From the NCBI RefSeq assembly GCF_009914755.1, contig NC_060932.1: a stretch of 64,000 nt of DNA. One strand, written 5' to 3'. A program made the position numbers and the translations under genes. This document shows, piece after piece, positions 12,435 to 24,280 of this stretch. The stretch's first letter is position 1; each line of letters opens with the position of its first letter. This stretch comes from the human T2T-CHM13v2.0 reference genome, Homo sapiens. The notes under the pieces are model-generated. The model was not told the origin of the DNA. It saw nothing but the letters and a program-made list of their open reading frames with translations, and did not search any database.

Positions 12435-15400
12435 TAAATTACATAACTTGTCTATGGGTACAAATTATAGATGAACAAGTCAGAATTCAGATGTCCTGGT
12501 TCAAAAATGGTTTAACTATAAACATTAGAAAAGAAAACACCTGGTATTACTGTGGTGGTTAATAGGAATGTGGACAATTTCATCTTTAAATTTTAAAAAA
12601 GCCAAATTATCTTTAAGGAGCATATCTTAATTTAAAATTTTTAAAATATGAACATTAAAGAGAAGTTTTAGTTATAATGCAGTGATGCTTCTGATGATGC
12701 TCACACCTAGAAAGCAATGTCTAAGGAAAGTCTTGGAAATGTTATAACAGCACCATTGATTGTGTGAGTTAGTACCTATCCATGGGACACTAGTCCTCTG
12801 GATGTTAAACAAACATTAGTCCGTTTCTTTAAAGTCATACCTTGAAGACTTTTCCCCAGGTCTACCAAGAACAAGGAAATGGTGGGCCACTGGCTCAGGG
12901 TGACAGAATAGATGCAGAAATATGGTTTAGGTAGAGAAGAAGGAAAAATGAGGATTGTACCTAATTGCTGGTGCAATACTCCAGAGGAAACACGTGGTGC
13001 CTTAGAAAGAGTACGAGTCGTGGCATCATAAACTAAATGGTCCTGGTGCTCAATTTCCTCACCTGTATAATAAGAACGGAAATATCCTATTTTTTATGAT
13101 CCTTTAAAAAGTGACTAAACTGTCTGGCACATTCTGGATACTCTTTATGTATTTTCCTCCAAGCCAGTGTTGTCAGCTCTTTGGGGAAGAACAGGGATAT
13201 GCACGTCCCACTCCTCACATCTTCCTGATCCTTTTGTAGAAATTCCTATTTTCCACAACCTCTGTGGGAAAAAGAAATGCTTCCCAGGAGAAAATGACCC
13301 AGCACTGCACTCACAACATCAGAAGTACTTGTTTCTTAAAACAAAAGGGGGGTGGGGGCAGCACTTTCTCTTCCAAAGAAAAAACACAATTGCCCTTGGT
13401 GTGACACATCCAGCATGCCAGACCTTGCAAAGTGGCTTTTGTGAACAATTTCTGGAAAAAATGAAGTCACTCACTCCTTTGACCCTGAAAGATGAAACTT
13501 AACTGTGTTTTACAGGTTCAAAAGATTCCCATTTCTACTCTGACATTTTGCCTATCTCTTTAGAAAATGTAAGTGTCTATGAAGAGTTTCAAGTAACAAC
13601 TCTCACTCAACCACCCTGTGAATTGACATGATGCTTTGTAAAAGAGTAAGCCACGTCTGTCCCATGTTGAAGAAGCCAGGACCCCAGCTCTGGTAGCTCA
13701 CCTGAGAGCAGCGGGACCATCAGAGGGTCAATTTCCTTCATCAGCAAGAGAACTTTCTCCAAAGACCCAACTTCTTGTCCCTGCCAGGATAATGCCTGGG
13801 AGATGCCCTCATCCTTGGCCATCCTTTGTCCCAAATATACACTTTTCCTTGCCCTTTATCTAATTAGAAGATTCCCACTCCCCAACTTACCCACATATTC
13901 TATATTCAAGACACAGTGGACATTCTCCCAAAAAAGGTGAACTCCTCCCTCCTCCACCACCACAGTTTGCACCTACCATCTTTCTACAGATAATGCATTC
14001 TTTCTCTTCCTAGTAAACACCAACTTCTTTTTCAAGATCCACCTCATCCATCCATCACCTCTTATGTCAAACCTTTCTCCAAACTCTCAGGTCAAATTAA
14101 CTCTTCCTACCCTGGGCCCTCACAACTATTTGTTCCCTTATTTGAATTTTCATCCTCACTTTACACTATTCAATTTATAGAAAAGAAGGGCAGTTGAAAG
14201 AATGCCCTTCAGCTAACATATCTAAAAAAGCTGGAGGTAGTCTATCAAGAGCCATGAACTTCAATGATTTGGTCTCTCTTTCCATCACTGCTTGGATGAG
14301 TGGGAAGCAGAAACCTCAGTAAGTGCTTCCTCTGAACACTCAAATTTTCCCTTGTTGTATGAATTCTCCCAACGCTGAGGCTGGAGGAACTAGTAAGCTC
14401 ATTTTGGCTCTTAAACTAGGCAATATCCTCCAACCTGATGTTCATCATGAATAAAGGGGTGTTTTGTTTCTCCATCTGCTGCCTGTTTTGTCTCATTTCT
14501 CAATTGGTTAAGAATTCAAGTGGGGAATGAGGAATGCTATATTTTGGAGTGCCTGAAGGAAATCTGACAATTGCATAGAGCTATTGGGGGTACCTGGTGT
14601 GTGAATTGCCTTAGCAGAGGTTTCTGCTTTGTTTCTCGATCTAGCATTTACTCCATTCTGCTTTATCTGCCTGTTACAGGGAACAAAGAAGAAAGGGTGA
14701 CTAGGAGTAAAAATGATGAACCAGTTTGGAACAGGATGTGCCTGCATAAGCAGATCTAGAGCTTGTGGGATAGGTTGGTGCTGTGGACATAGGAGACATT
14801 GAGACATTGGTGCACGGGTGATAGTGAAAGCCATGAGGAGGAAATGGCATTCCCCACACAAAAGATATCCCAGACCTTTCCTCCAGTTCTGAGAGCCTCA
14901 AGGTTTCAACCTGGCTTCCTGGGGTGGCTGCCGTTTTTCCGTGACTTTTCATAATACTGACCTTGCTTCAGAATCCTATAGGTGATGAGCCTGCTGCTCT
15001 GTACTGTCACGGAAGACACATTTTCCCCATGCTCCTTCCTCATCTCTTTCTGTGATAAACCCCAATGAGATTCAAGGCCACATCCAGGACATTTCTGCAA
15101 ACCTCCTGCAAGTCACTGATTAATTTTCAAGGCTCTTGCCAGCCTGTGCATACAAGAGCCATCTCCCCATGCCACTCCCTCCTCCCAATCAGAGACATAC
15201 CCAAAAGCTTATGTTCCTACAACAGTACCAGTGGTATAATTGTATTTTTCAAAGTTACGTAAGCCTCAGTCAGTAATAGTAGGCTGGCATATGGACAATG
15301 GTTTAGGAAGAAGAAATTATGGGAAAGGAAGTCAGAGAACTTTGGTAGAGATATAGAGAAAATAAACTGAAAGGATGAAATTGGTGGGGAATAACACAGG

Positions 15401-15509
15401 TTTAAAACTCAAGTCAACCAAAATTGAATGTCTTCTTTGTGACCTCAGAATGTTCCTGACACTACTCCAACCCAGAAAACATTACCGTAAAATGGGGATG
15501 GGGAAAAAG

Positions 15510-15717
15510 GCAACCTCTGCCTCCTGGGTTCAAGCAATTCTCCTGCCTCAGACCCCCTAGTAGCTGGAATTAGAGGTGACCACCATCACATCCAGCTAAC
15601 TTTTGTATTTTAGTAGAGATGAAGTTTCACCATGTTGGCCAGGCTAGTCTCAAACTCCTCACCTCAAGTGATCTGCCTGTCTCAGCCTCCCAAAGTGCTG
15701 GGATTACAGGAGTGAGT
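15510..15717 (-). mobile_element. Alu internal fragment truncated at both ends
   Basis: Runs from gcaacctctgcctcc to ggattacaggagtgag; no polyA tail, no 5' terminus and no TSD. Confidence 0.9.
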
Positions 15718-17782
15718 CAGGTAGTTCTTCATAGCAGTGTGAGAATGGACTAATACAGAAAATTATTATCAGAGAAGTGGGACATTGCTATGAAAATATC
15801 TGAAAATCTGGAAGTGACTTTGGATCTGGGTAATAGGCAGAAGTTGGAACAGTTTGGAAGGAACAGAAAAAGACCAGAAGATGAGGAAAAGTTTGGAACT
15901 TCCTAGAATTGTTGAATGGTTGTAACCAAAATACTGACAGTAATATGGACAATGAAGTCTAGTTTGCGGTGGTCTCAGATGGAGATTAGAAACTTATTGG
16001 GAATTGGAGTAAAGGTTACTCTTTCTATGCTTTAACAAAGAGACTGGTGGCATTGTGCCCCTGCCTTAGAGATCTCTGGAACTTTTAACTTGAGAGAGAT
16101 GATTTAGGGTATCTGGCAGAAGAAATTTCTAAGCAGCAAAGTGTTCAAGATCTGGCCTGGCTGCTTCTAAAAGCCTGCACTCATTTTATAAACAAAGAAA
16201 TGACCTGTAACTAGAATTTATATTTAAAAGGGAAGCAGAGCATAAAAGTTTAGAAAATTTGCAGCCCAACCATGAAATAGAAAAGAAGAAAACATTTCTG
16301 GGGAGGAATTCAAGGTAGCAGAGAAATTTGCATAAGCAGAGAAATTTGCATAAGTAGAGAAGAGCTGAATGTTAATAGCCTAGACAATGGGGAAAATGCC
16401 TCCAGGGCATTTCAGAGACCTTTATGGCAGCACCTCCCATCACAGGCCCTGAGGCCTAGGAGCAAAAAAATGGCTTCATGAGCCAGACCCAGGGCCCTGC
16501 TGCTCTGTGCAGCCTCAGGACATGGCACGCTGCTCCCCAGCCACTCCAGCTCCAGCCATGGTCAAAAGAAGCCAACATACAGCTCAGGCCATTGCTTCAG
16601 AGGGCACAGGTTCCAAACTTTGGCAGCTTCCATGTGGTGTTGGGCCTGTGGGTGCACAGAAATCAAGAGTTGAGTTTCGGAGTCCTCTGCCTAGATATTA
16701 GATGATGTATGGAAATGCCTGGATGTTCAGGCAGAGGTCTGCTCCAGGGGTGAAGCCCTCATGGAAAACCTCTTCTAGGTCAGTTGAAGGGGAAATGTCA
16801 GGTTGGAGCTCTCACACAGAGTCCCCATTGGGGCACTTCCTAGTGGTGCTGTGAGAAGAGAGCCACCGTCCTCCAGACCCCAGAATGGTAGATCCACTGA
16901 CAGCTTGCACCATACACCTGGAAAAGCTGCAGGCACTCAAAACCAGTTCATGAAAGCAGCCTAGGGGGCTGTACCCTGCAGAGCCACAGGGCTGGGGTGC
17001 CCCAAGGCTTTGGTAACCCACCCCTTCCATCAGTGTGGCCTGGATGTGAGACAGGGAGTCAAAGGAGATTATTTTGGAGCTATAAGATTTAATGACGACC
17101 CTGCTGGGTTTCAGACTTGCATGGGGCCTGTAGCCCCTGGTTTGGGCCAATTTCTCCCTTTTGGAATGGGAGTATTTACCCAGTGCCTGTACCCCCATTG
17201 TATCTTGGAAGTCACTAACTTGCTTTTGATTTTACAGGCTCATAGGAGGAAGGGACACACCTTGTTTCAGATGAGACTTTGGACTTCGACTTTTGAGTTA
17301 ATGCTGAAATGAGCAAAGACTTGGGGAACTTTTGGAAAAGCACGATTGTGTTTTGAAATGTGAGAAGGACATGAGATTTTGGAGGGGCCAGCGTTGGAAT
17401 GATACAGTTTGGCTCTGTGTCCCCACCCAAATCTCAGGTTGAACTGTAATCCTCAGTGTTGGGAGAGGGACATGGTGGGAGGTGATTAGATCATGAGGGT
17501 GAATATCCCCCTTGCTCTCCTCATGATTATGAGTTCTCCTGAGATCTGGTTGTTTGAAAATGTGTAGAATTTCCCCCTTTTCACTCTCTCCTGTTCCACC
17601 ATGGTAAGATGTGCTTGCTTCCCTTTCACCTTTCTGCCATGATTGTAAGTTTCCTGAGACCTCCTACACAAGCTTCCTATATAGCCTGTGGAACTGTGAA
17701 TCAATTAAACTTCTTTTCTTCATAAATTATGCAGTCTCAGGTAGTTCTTTATAGCAGTGTGTAATGTGTATAGACTAATAAA
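15716..17782 (+). mobile_element. THE1D (MaLR) provirus: about 42-bp 5' LTR remnant, internal region 15758-17399, complete 3' LTR 17400-17782
   Basis: LTR end tcaggtagttctt(c/t)atagcagtgtg...gactaata seen twice; typical THE1-int body; purine tract ggaggggccagcgttggaa; LTR start tgatacagtttggctctgtgtccccacccaaatctc. Confidence 0.9.
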
Positions 17783-18155
17783 GGATGTAAGAAGGGGACC
17801 TCCTTTACTTCCAGTCTCCTGGGGTAAGCTGATCTGCTCAAGTCTTCCTTTGGATGGACAGTAAAGGCCTGAAATTTCCTGTACTGCTGAGTTTATAAAG
17901 TAGTTCAGCATTACTGCATGTAGCAGGCTGGGAGTTTCCTGAATTAGAAGACCCACCTCTCTGCATAGGCAGGCTCCAAGGTATGGATGTGGAGAAAAAG
18001 TAGATACCCTACTTTGGCCTCAAGACCACATTCTCCAGCACGGTTTACTATGAAGCCAGTAGTATGAGGCTGAATAACATTTTCTTATCTTCTTATTATT
18101 GTTTTCCTTTGATCCTGATTCAGCCACCATGGATTTCTACTTGATTAGGTTAAAA

Positions 18156-18348
18156 TAGTGGTTCTCAAACTTGAGCATGCATCAAGATCATCATCTGGAG
18201 GGCTTATCAAAACACTGATTGCTTAGCCCCACTCTGACAGTTTCTGAATTAGGATGTTGCAGGTGGGAGTCTGAGAATGTATATTTCTAACAAGTCCCTA
18301 GGTGAGGCTGATGCTGCTGGTCCAGAGAACACATTTTGAGAACCATTG
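18156..18348. mobile_element. MER5A (hAT-Charlie)
   Basis: TIR-like ends agtggttctcaaa / tttgagaaccattg; core gtatatttctaacaagtccctaggtgaggctgatgctgctggtcc. Confidence 0.85.
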
Positions 18349-20428
18349 GATTAAACACAGAAAAGGGAAAAAGGAATGGCAATAACTTTCATTAAGAGTC
18401 ACCATACTTATAATTTTTTGTTGAATGGTATATTCCTCCTACGTTCCAGGAGGGCAGTGATCTTGTCTATATTACTCACAATTTTGTCCCCAGTGCCAAG
18501 AGCAAAGTAGGAGCTCAATGATTATGTACTAATGAGCTAGAACACCTGTCCTTACTAATAAGACAATCTTTTACACAGAATACTGACCCTGCCACATGGC
18601 AGTGAGGTGTTATTACATGGTATTTTACTGTGAGGTGCAGAGGCTACAGGTTGTAAAACTTAGAGTGCCCTCTCCTCAGAGTCGCAACCTGTTCTCATGG
18701 GCACTATTGTCCCAGTGTGTTTATTTTCATTAAGACCTGCCCTGGGTGAAAACTGGGAGAGGGGCAGAGGGACAGAAAATGTTTACTTGCTTAACCAGTC
18801 AGGGAGGAGGATCTGAGCAGTCCTTTCTTCTTCCAGCCCTAGGTGGGAAAACAGTGCTCTGTGGTAATTGCTATTAAAGCCCGAGGCAATGATGTGCCTT
18901 GTAAATTATCTACAAGGTTGCTAACAACTAGGAATGCCCTGATTGCTCATTGGCTTGTTCAGAATACATTGGAATGCAGCTCAAGCTCTGATGAAGGAGT
19001 GATCTCAGAAATAAATCAAATTTGGTGCAGGAAGCCACATCTATATTTCATATGCCTGCCTCTGCAGGGATGCCTCAGTAATTGGTTTAAAAATATCTCT
19101 GACATCTGTTGATTCTTCTGCTTTTAAGGTTGAATCTTTGTCTTTTTTGCAAAGGACTACGATGCAAAAGCAAGAAAGGGAAAGAAGATGTTCCTGCAGC
19201 TATGTGACAAAGGCCTTCATCCCTGCCAGCACTCACAGCTCAAACAAATTTGCTGGTCAGTCTAGCCTCATACAATCATCTCTCCCTCAGACCCTTGTGA
19301 AAAGGAAACAGTCTATGAATAAGTACATGGCATGCCTACACACGCACATTTGCTGGGTACACATGTCAATCATTTCACAGCATTGAAATGTGAGTGTTTG
19401 GTAACTCCGAATTTTGACATAAGTATCCCAGAAGTGATGGCTCCCATAAAACACACAAACAAAGCCACATCTGTATTTAGCATTTTCAGCTGGGAAAGTC
19501 TTCCTGGAACACATACTATTGCAGCCTTGGCTCAGTAAAGTCAGTTGTAAAAAGAAGATAGTAACAGAATCTACCCTACAAATATTGTTATGAGAATTAA
19601 GGGAGAAACATATAAAATATATAGATGTATAAATAAAGACTCTATAAATATGACCTGTTATTGTTGTTATTCATATCACTGCCCATGTGATAAAAGGACA
19701 TACAAGGCCCACAGTATCAGTGAGATATATCAGGGAAGTAAGTTTGGGTACCTAAGGTGCAGCTCCTTCCTGACACACACTTCATGCTGCAGCTTCTCTT
19801 TGTATTTTATTACTTCTGCCTGGAATGCCTTCTTCCCTTTCCAGGATTCACCTATGTTCTCTTTGTTCAAAATAAAATGTAGGGGTCACCATCTCATTAA
19901 CCTCCCATCACCCCATCCCTATCCAGAGCGGATGCTCTGCTTTGAGCCCCATCAAAGTCCCAGAACACCATCAGAGCATTTCCACACTGGATGATCTTTG
20001 TCTGTTTGCTGGTTTGTCTCTTCCTCTAGACTGTGAGCATCCTCAAGTATAAACCTAGTATTATTGCCTATCTAATTTTGAACAAAGTAGACATCCAAGC
20101 AAGATGTGACTAGTGAGTAAACAGGAATTAGCAGGATCAGCCACTTGTCTCTTTTGCTAATTTCTCAAAAAAGGATTTAAAGGAAAATTAAATGCCATAC
20201 AGGTAGAATTCACATTGACAAAGGGGGATTGCATTTTGGTGTAAATATGGGTGAGAATTGTGGATAGGTTGATAAGTATACAGGGCTTTGAGGTCAGCTC
20301 TGGATTCTATATCTGGCTGTGTCACTTGGGCTGCATGACCTTGGTCATGTTACTTAACTTCTCTAGGCCTGTTTTCTCATCAAAATGAGTGCATAACTCT
20401 CAGAGTGAGTAAAAATAAATAAAATTGG

Positions 20429-21156
20429 TGCTATGGGCTGAATTATTTGCCTCAAAATTTCATATATTGAAGTTCTAACCCGTGATGTAACTGTATTTGA
20501 AGATAGAGCTTTTGGGGGTAAAATGAGGTCATAGGGTGGGCATCTGTATTAGTCAGTTTTCATGCTGCTGATAAAGACATACCCAAGACTGGGCAATTTA
20601 CAAAAGAAAGAGGTTTAATTGGACTTAAAGTTCCACATGGCTGGGGAAGCCTCACAATCATGGTAGAAGGCAAGGAGGAGCAAGTCACATTTTACATGGA
20701 TGGCAGCAGGCAAATAGAGAGAGCTTGTGCAGAGAAACTCCTGTTTTTAAAACTATCAAATCTCATGAGACCCATTCACTATCACAAGAACAGCACAGGA
20801 AAGTCCTGCCCCAATGATTCAGTCATCTCCCACTGGGTCCCTCCCACAACATGTGGGAATTATAAGAGCCACAAGATGAGATTTGGATGGGGACACAGAG
20901 TCCTAATCCAATATGACTGGTGGCCTTACAAGAAGAGGAAAGAAGAGCAGAGCTCTCTCTCTCCAGCTACACTTACCTGTGAATGGCCATAGCAAGAAGA
21001 TTGCCATGTACAAGCCAGGAAGAAAGGCCTCACCAGAAACCAAACTGGTCTGAAATTTGGACTTCTAGCCTCTAGAACTGTAAGAAAATAAATTTCTGTT
21101 GTTTAAACCACCCTCCTTGTAGTATTTTGTTATGGCGGCCAAAGCTGACTAATATA
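20429..21156 (+). mobile_element. MLT1A/B solo LTR, interrupted by THE1 and inserted in a MIR
   Basis: tgctatgggctgaat...gactaatata; 5-bp TSD attgg at 20424-20428 and 21157-21161. Confidence 0.85.
20545..20900 (-). mobile_element. THE1A/B solo LTR
   Basis: tgtattagtcagttttcatgctgctgataaagacataccc...gatgagatttggatggggacacagag; terminal about 13 bp missing. Confidence 0.9.
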
Positions 21157-21661
21157 ATTGGCATATGTAAAGGGATTCACACATAATCAATACCATATTG
21201 AACAAAGTAACCTCCAACAAATGTTGGTCTTTCATATCATTTTAAATTGTGTTTGACTTGTTGATGCAACTATGTAACTCCAATGTTTATAACAGAGTGT
21301 AGTTGGAAACTAGTGTAAAATATAAAATATTACTTACTTGGCCCAGTATAGAAATTGATCTACTTTTTTGAGCAAGGTCAACATGTACAGTCAATGTATG
21401 ATATTCACATCAGTGCATAAAACTACATAAAAAGAAACTGATCAATCACTTAAGATATAACTTCTCCCACTGATAACAAATGCTTCCTTCACTAACATTT
21501 GCAAGCATGGTAGTTGAGCAATGTAACTGACTAACGGTTTGCTTTCCTTTCTCTTTCCCTACCATTGGCCACCATCTAACAGGCTGGCCTGGGCAGCCAG
21601 AGTGCAAGTCCTCAAACTTGTCTTCATAGTGAATTTTCTGGAGGAACTTTAAAATACCATG

Positions 21662-22015
21662 GCTTTGGGAGGCTGAGGCAGGTGGATCACTTGAGGTCAG
21701 GAGTTTGAGACTAGCCTGGCCAAACTGGTGGTCTCTGTCTCTACTAAAATTAGCCAGGTGTGGTGGCATGTGCCTGTAGCCCCAGCTACTCCAGAGGCTG
21801 AGGTTTCACTGGTGGCGAAACCCTGTCTCTACTAAAAATAAAAAAATTAGCCAGGTGTGATGGCACATGGCTGTAGTCCCAGCTACTCAGGAGGTGAGGC
21901 AGGAGAATTGATTGAACCCGGGAGATGGAGGTTGCAGTGAGCAGAGCTCATGCCACTGCACTCCGGCCTGTCCAACAGCGTGAGACTCCATCTCAAAAAC
22001 AAACAAACAAACAAC
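21662..22015 (+). mobile_element. 5'-truncated Alu with internal duplication, inside a MER5 element
   Basis: Linker and right-arm start occur twice; flanked by accatggc; MER5 pieces at about 21605-21655 and 22016-22139. Confidence 0.88.
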
Positions 22016-23574
22016 CATGGCCTGGATGTCACCCCCCAGAAATGCTAATTTAATTGGTTAGTGGTAGATCTGAACATTGGGAGGTTCTAAGACCCTCCCC
22101 AGGTGATACAAATATGCAGCCACATTTGGGAACCACTGAGCAGGGGGTTGGCAAGGTCAATAGTCTATATTCTCTGTTAATTGACCAGTCTGTTGCCTGG
22201 CCAATGTCAACCATTGGAAAATTGGGGCTTTTTTTCTTGGTCTAAAGAAAGATCTGAATATTCTCAGTGAGAAGCACTCAATGTGCCATCTTTGTAAGCT
22301 TAAGTTACTCAAGTTCTCTGAGTTGTGCCTTCTTTATCTGTAAATTGAGGTTAGCAGTACTCATGTCCTCAAGTTGTTGTCACTAACAGCAATAGAGTAA
22401 CTAAAGAGTCAGGCTCAATATTTGTTTCAGCCACAAGTCTGAGTTCTCTATGCATTTTATCTCATTTGATCTTCACTACAACCCTAAGGAGTAGGCATCA
22501 TTGTTATCCCCATTTTGCAGGTAAGGAAGATAAATTGCAGCTAGAGCAGGAATCACAGTCTAAGTATTTCACAGCAAGTATGTGATAGAGATGGCACTGG
22601 GACACAAGATGGCCTGGCGCCCAAATCTCCATTCTTAACCCTTATTCTCCACTGCCCTGGGTCATTAGGAAAGCCTCAGGAGATGACATCCCTTAAGTTC
22701 TGAGCACAGGGCCAGGAACACAGGAGAACGTGAATACTTACGGTTCCCTTTCCACTCCTTAGAGCTTATTAAGGCAAGGCAACACCAAGTCATACCCTTG
22801 GTCCGTGCTTAATGTCCAAGCCATACTCCAGAAAGCATTAGACCCTAACAAAAACAGGTACAGGACCATCAGCAAGAGAACAACACAGAAGAGGTGACTA
22901 ACCCAGTATGGGATTAGTACCACCTTAACCAAGAGCTCTCTTGAGTAGGCATCAACACCAGGCCCCAGTCCTTGGCAGCTGTGGCCAGGGACAGCCTGGT
23001 ACATCCACACCTGCCAGTACCTCAATGGTTACAAGGAAGGGCACAAGGGACCCAGACACATCCACGTGTTCTCAAGTCACTTTACTTTCTCATGCAGAGA
23101 CAGAGGATGCACTGTGAAGCAACAGGGAAAAAGCTTTGACTATACAGGTGGCTAAAAGAAAACAGAAAATTGTGTTCATGTTATAAGAACATTGCTATAG
23201 GAACAAATACTGCATGCATATGGATTAGAACAGGCAGGGAACAGGGATAAAAGGAAGCTGACTTACTAGGGTGGCAGATTGTCAGAGAAGGTTTTCATTT
23301 TTGTTAATGTGCCCCTAACGTTGTTTGTATAATAAATAATAAAATAATCATGATTTCTAGTTATAAAAGAGTCATCAAGAGAACACTGAGATAGCAGAAT
23401 CTCTTGTCACAGACTGCAATTGTATCAGAAACCAGAAAGAGAATGGAAAGTGGTAGAAAGAGGCAGCTGCCCAAACTCAAAAACACAGATTAGTTTTATT
23501 CTCCCATCCCTTTTGCTCCAGCCCTCCTTTTACAGAAGCTTAGAAAGCACATATGTCATAACTGCATTTTTCAC

Positions 23575-23710
23575 AAATATACATCTATGCGTACACATAC
23601 ATGCATATATAAATACATATGTAACCATAGATATATATGTATAGATAGATGCATGCATATGTATAAATATGTGTATATAGATATAGATGCACACATATGT
23701 GTTTATAAAA
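23575..23710. repeat. (TA)/(CA)/(TAGA)-rich low-complexity tract
   Basis: Seen directly in the sequence. Confidence 0.8.
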
Positions 23711-24126
23711 CTAAGAGAATGCTATATACACTGTTTTATAATCTTTTTCACTTAATACTATGCCATGATTATTTCCAGATGAAATCAAATATTCAGATGC
23801 TAAGGCATTTTTTAATGGAAACATAACATTCTGTGTACTGCAACTATTTCATAAATCTCCTGTTTTGGAACCTGGAGGAAGTCATAACTTTTCACTATCA
23901 TAAGTAATACTGAAATGGATAACTCATTTGTCCCCTTGAAAGAAGTGCTTAGATATAAGATTTCTGGGTTAAACCATATGGCTTTGATATATATCACAAA
24001 ATTTATCTCCCCAAATATATGAATTTGTATACCCACTAGCAGTATATGGCAGTATTTTTAACTCATCACACACACTGAGTATTCACTTTTTTTTTTTTTT
24101 ATGTCTTAGGTTAAAATTTTCTTTGA

Positions 24127-24280
24127 TTTTTTTTTTTTTTTTTAGATGGAGTCTTACTCCGTCACCCAGGCTGGAGTGTGGTGGTGTGATCTCAGCTCAC
24201 AGCAACCTGACCTCAGGTGATTCACCCGCCTCTGTCTCCCAAAGTGCTGGGATTACAGGCGTGAGCCACTGCGCCCGGCG
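24127..24280 (-). mobile_element. Alu with large internal deletion (monomer length)
   Basis: polyT, right-arm 3' part to gcaacct, joined to left-arm gacctcaggtgat...gcgcccggc; flanked by tctttga. Confidence 0.9.

Noticed and set aside
16478-17704. Cluster of 64-128 aa ORFs
   Set aside because: All lie within the decayed THE1D internal region or LTR.
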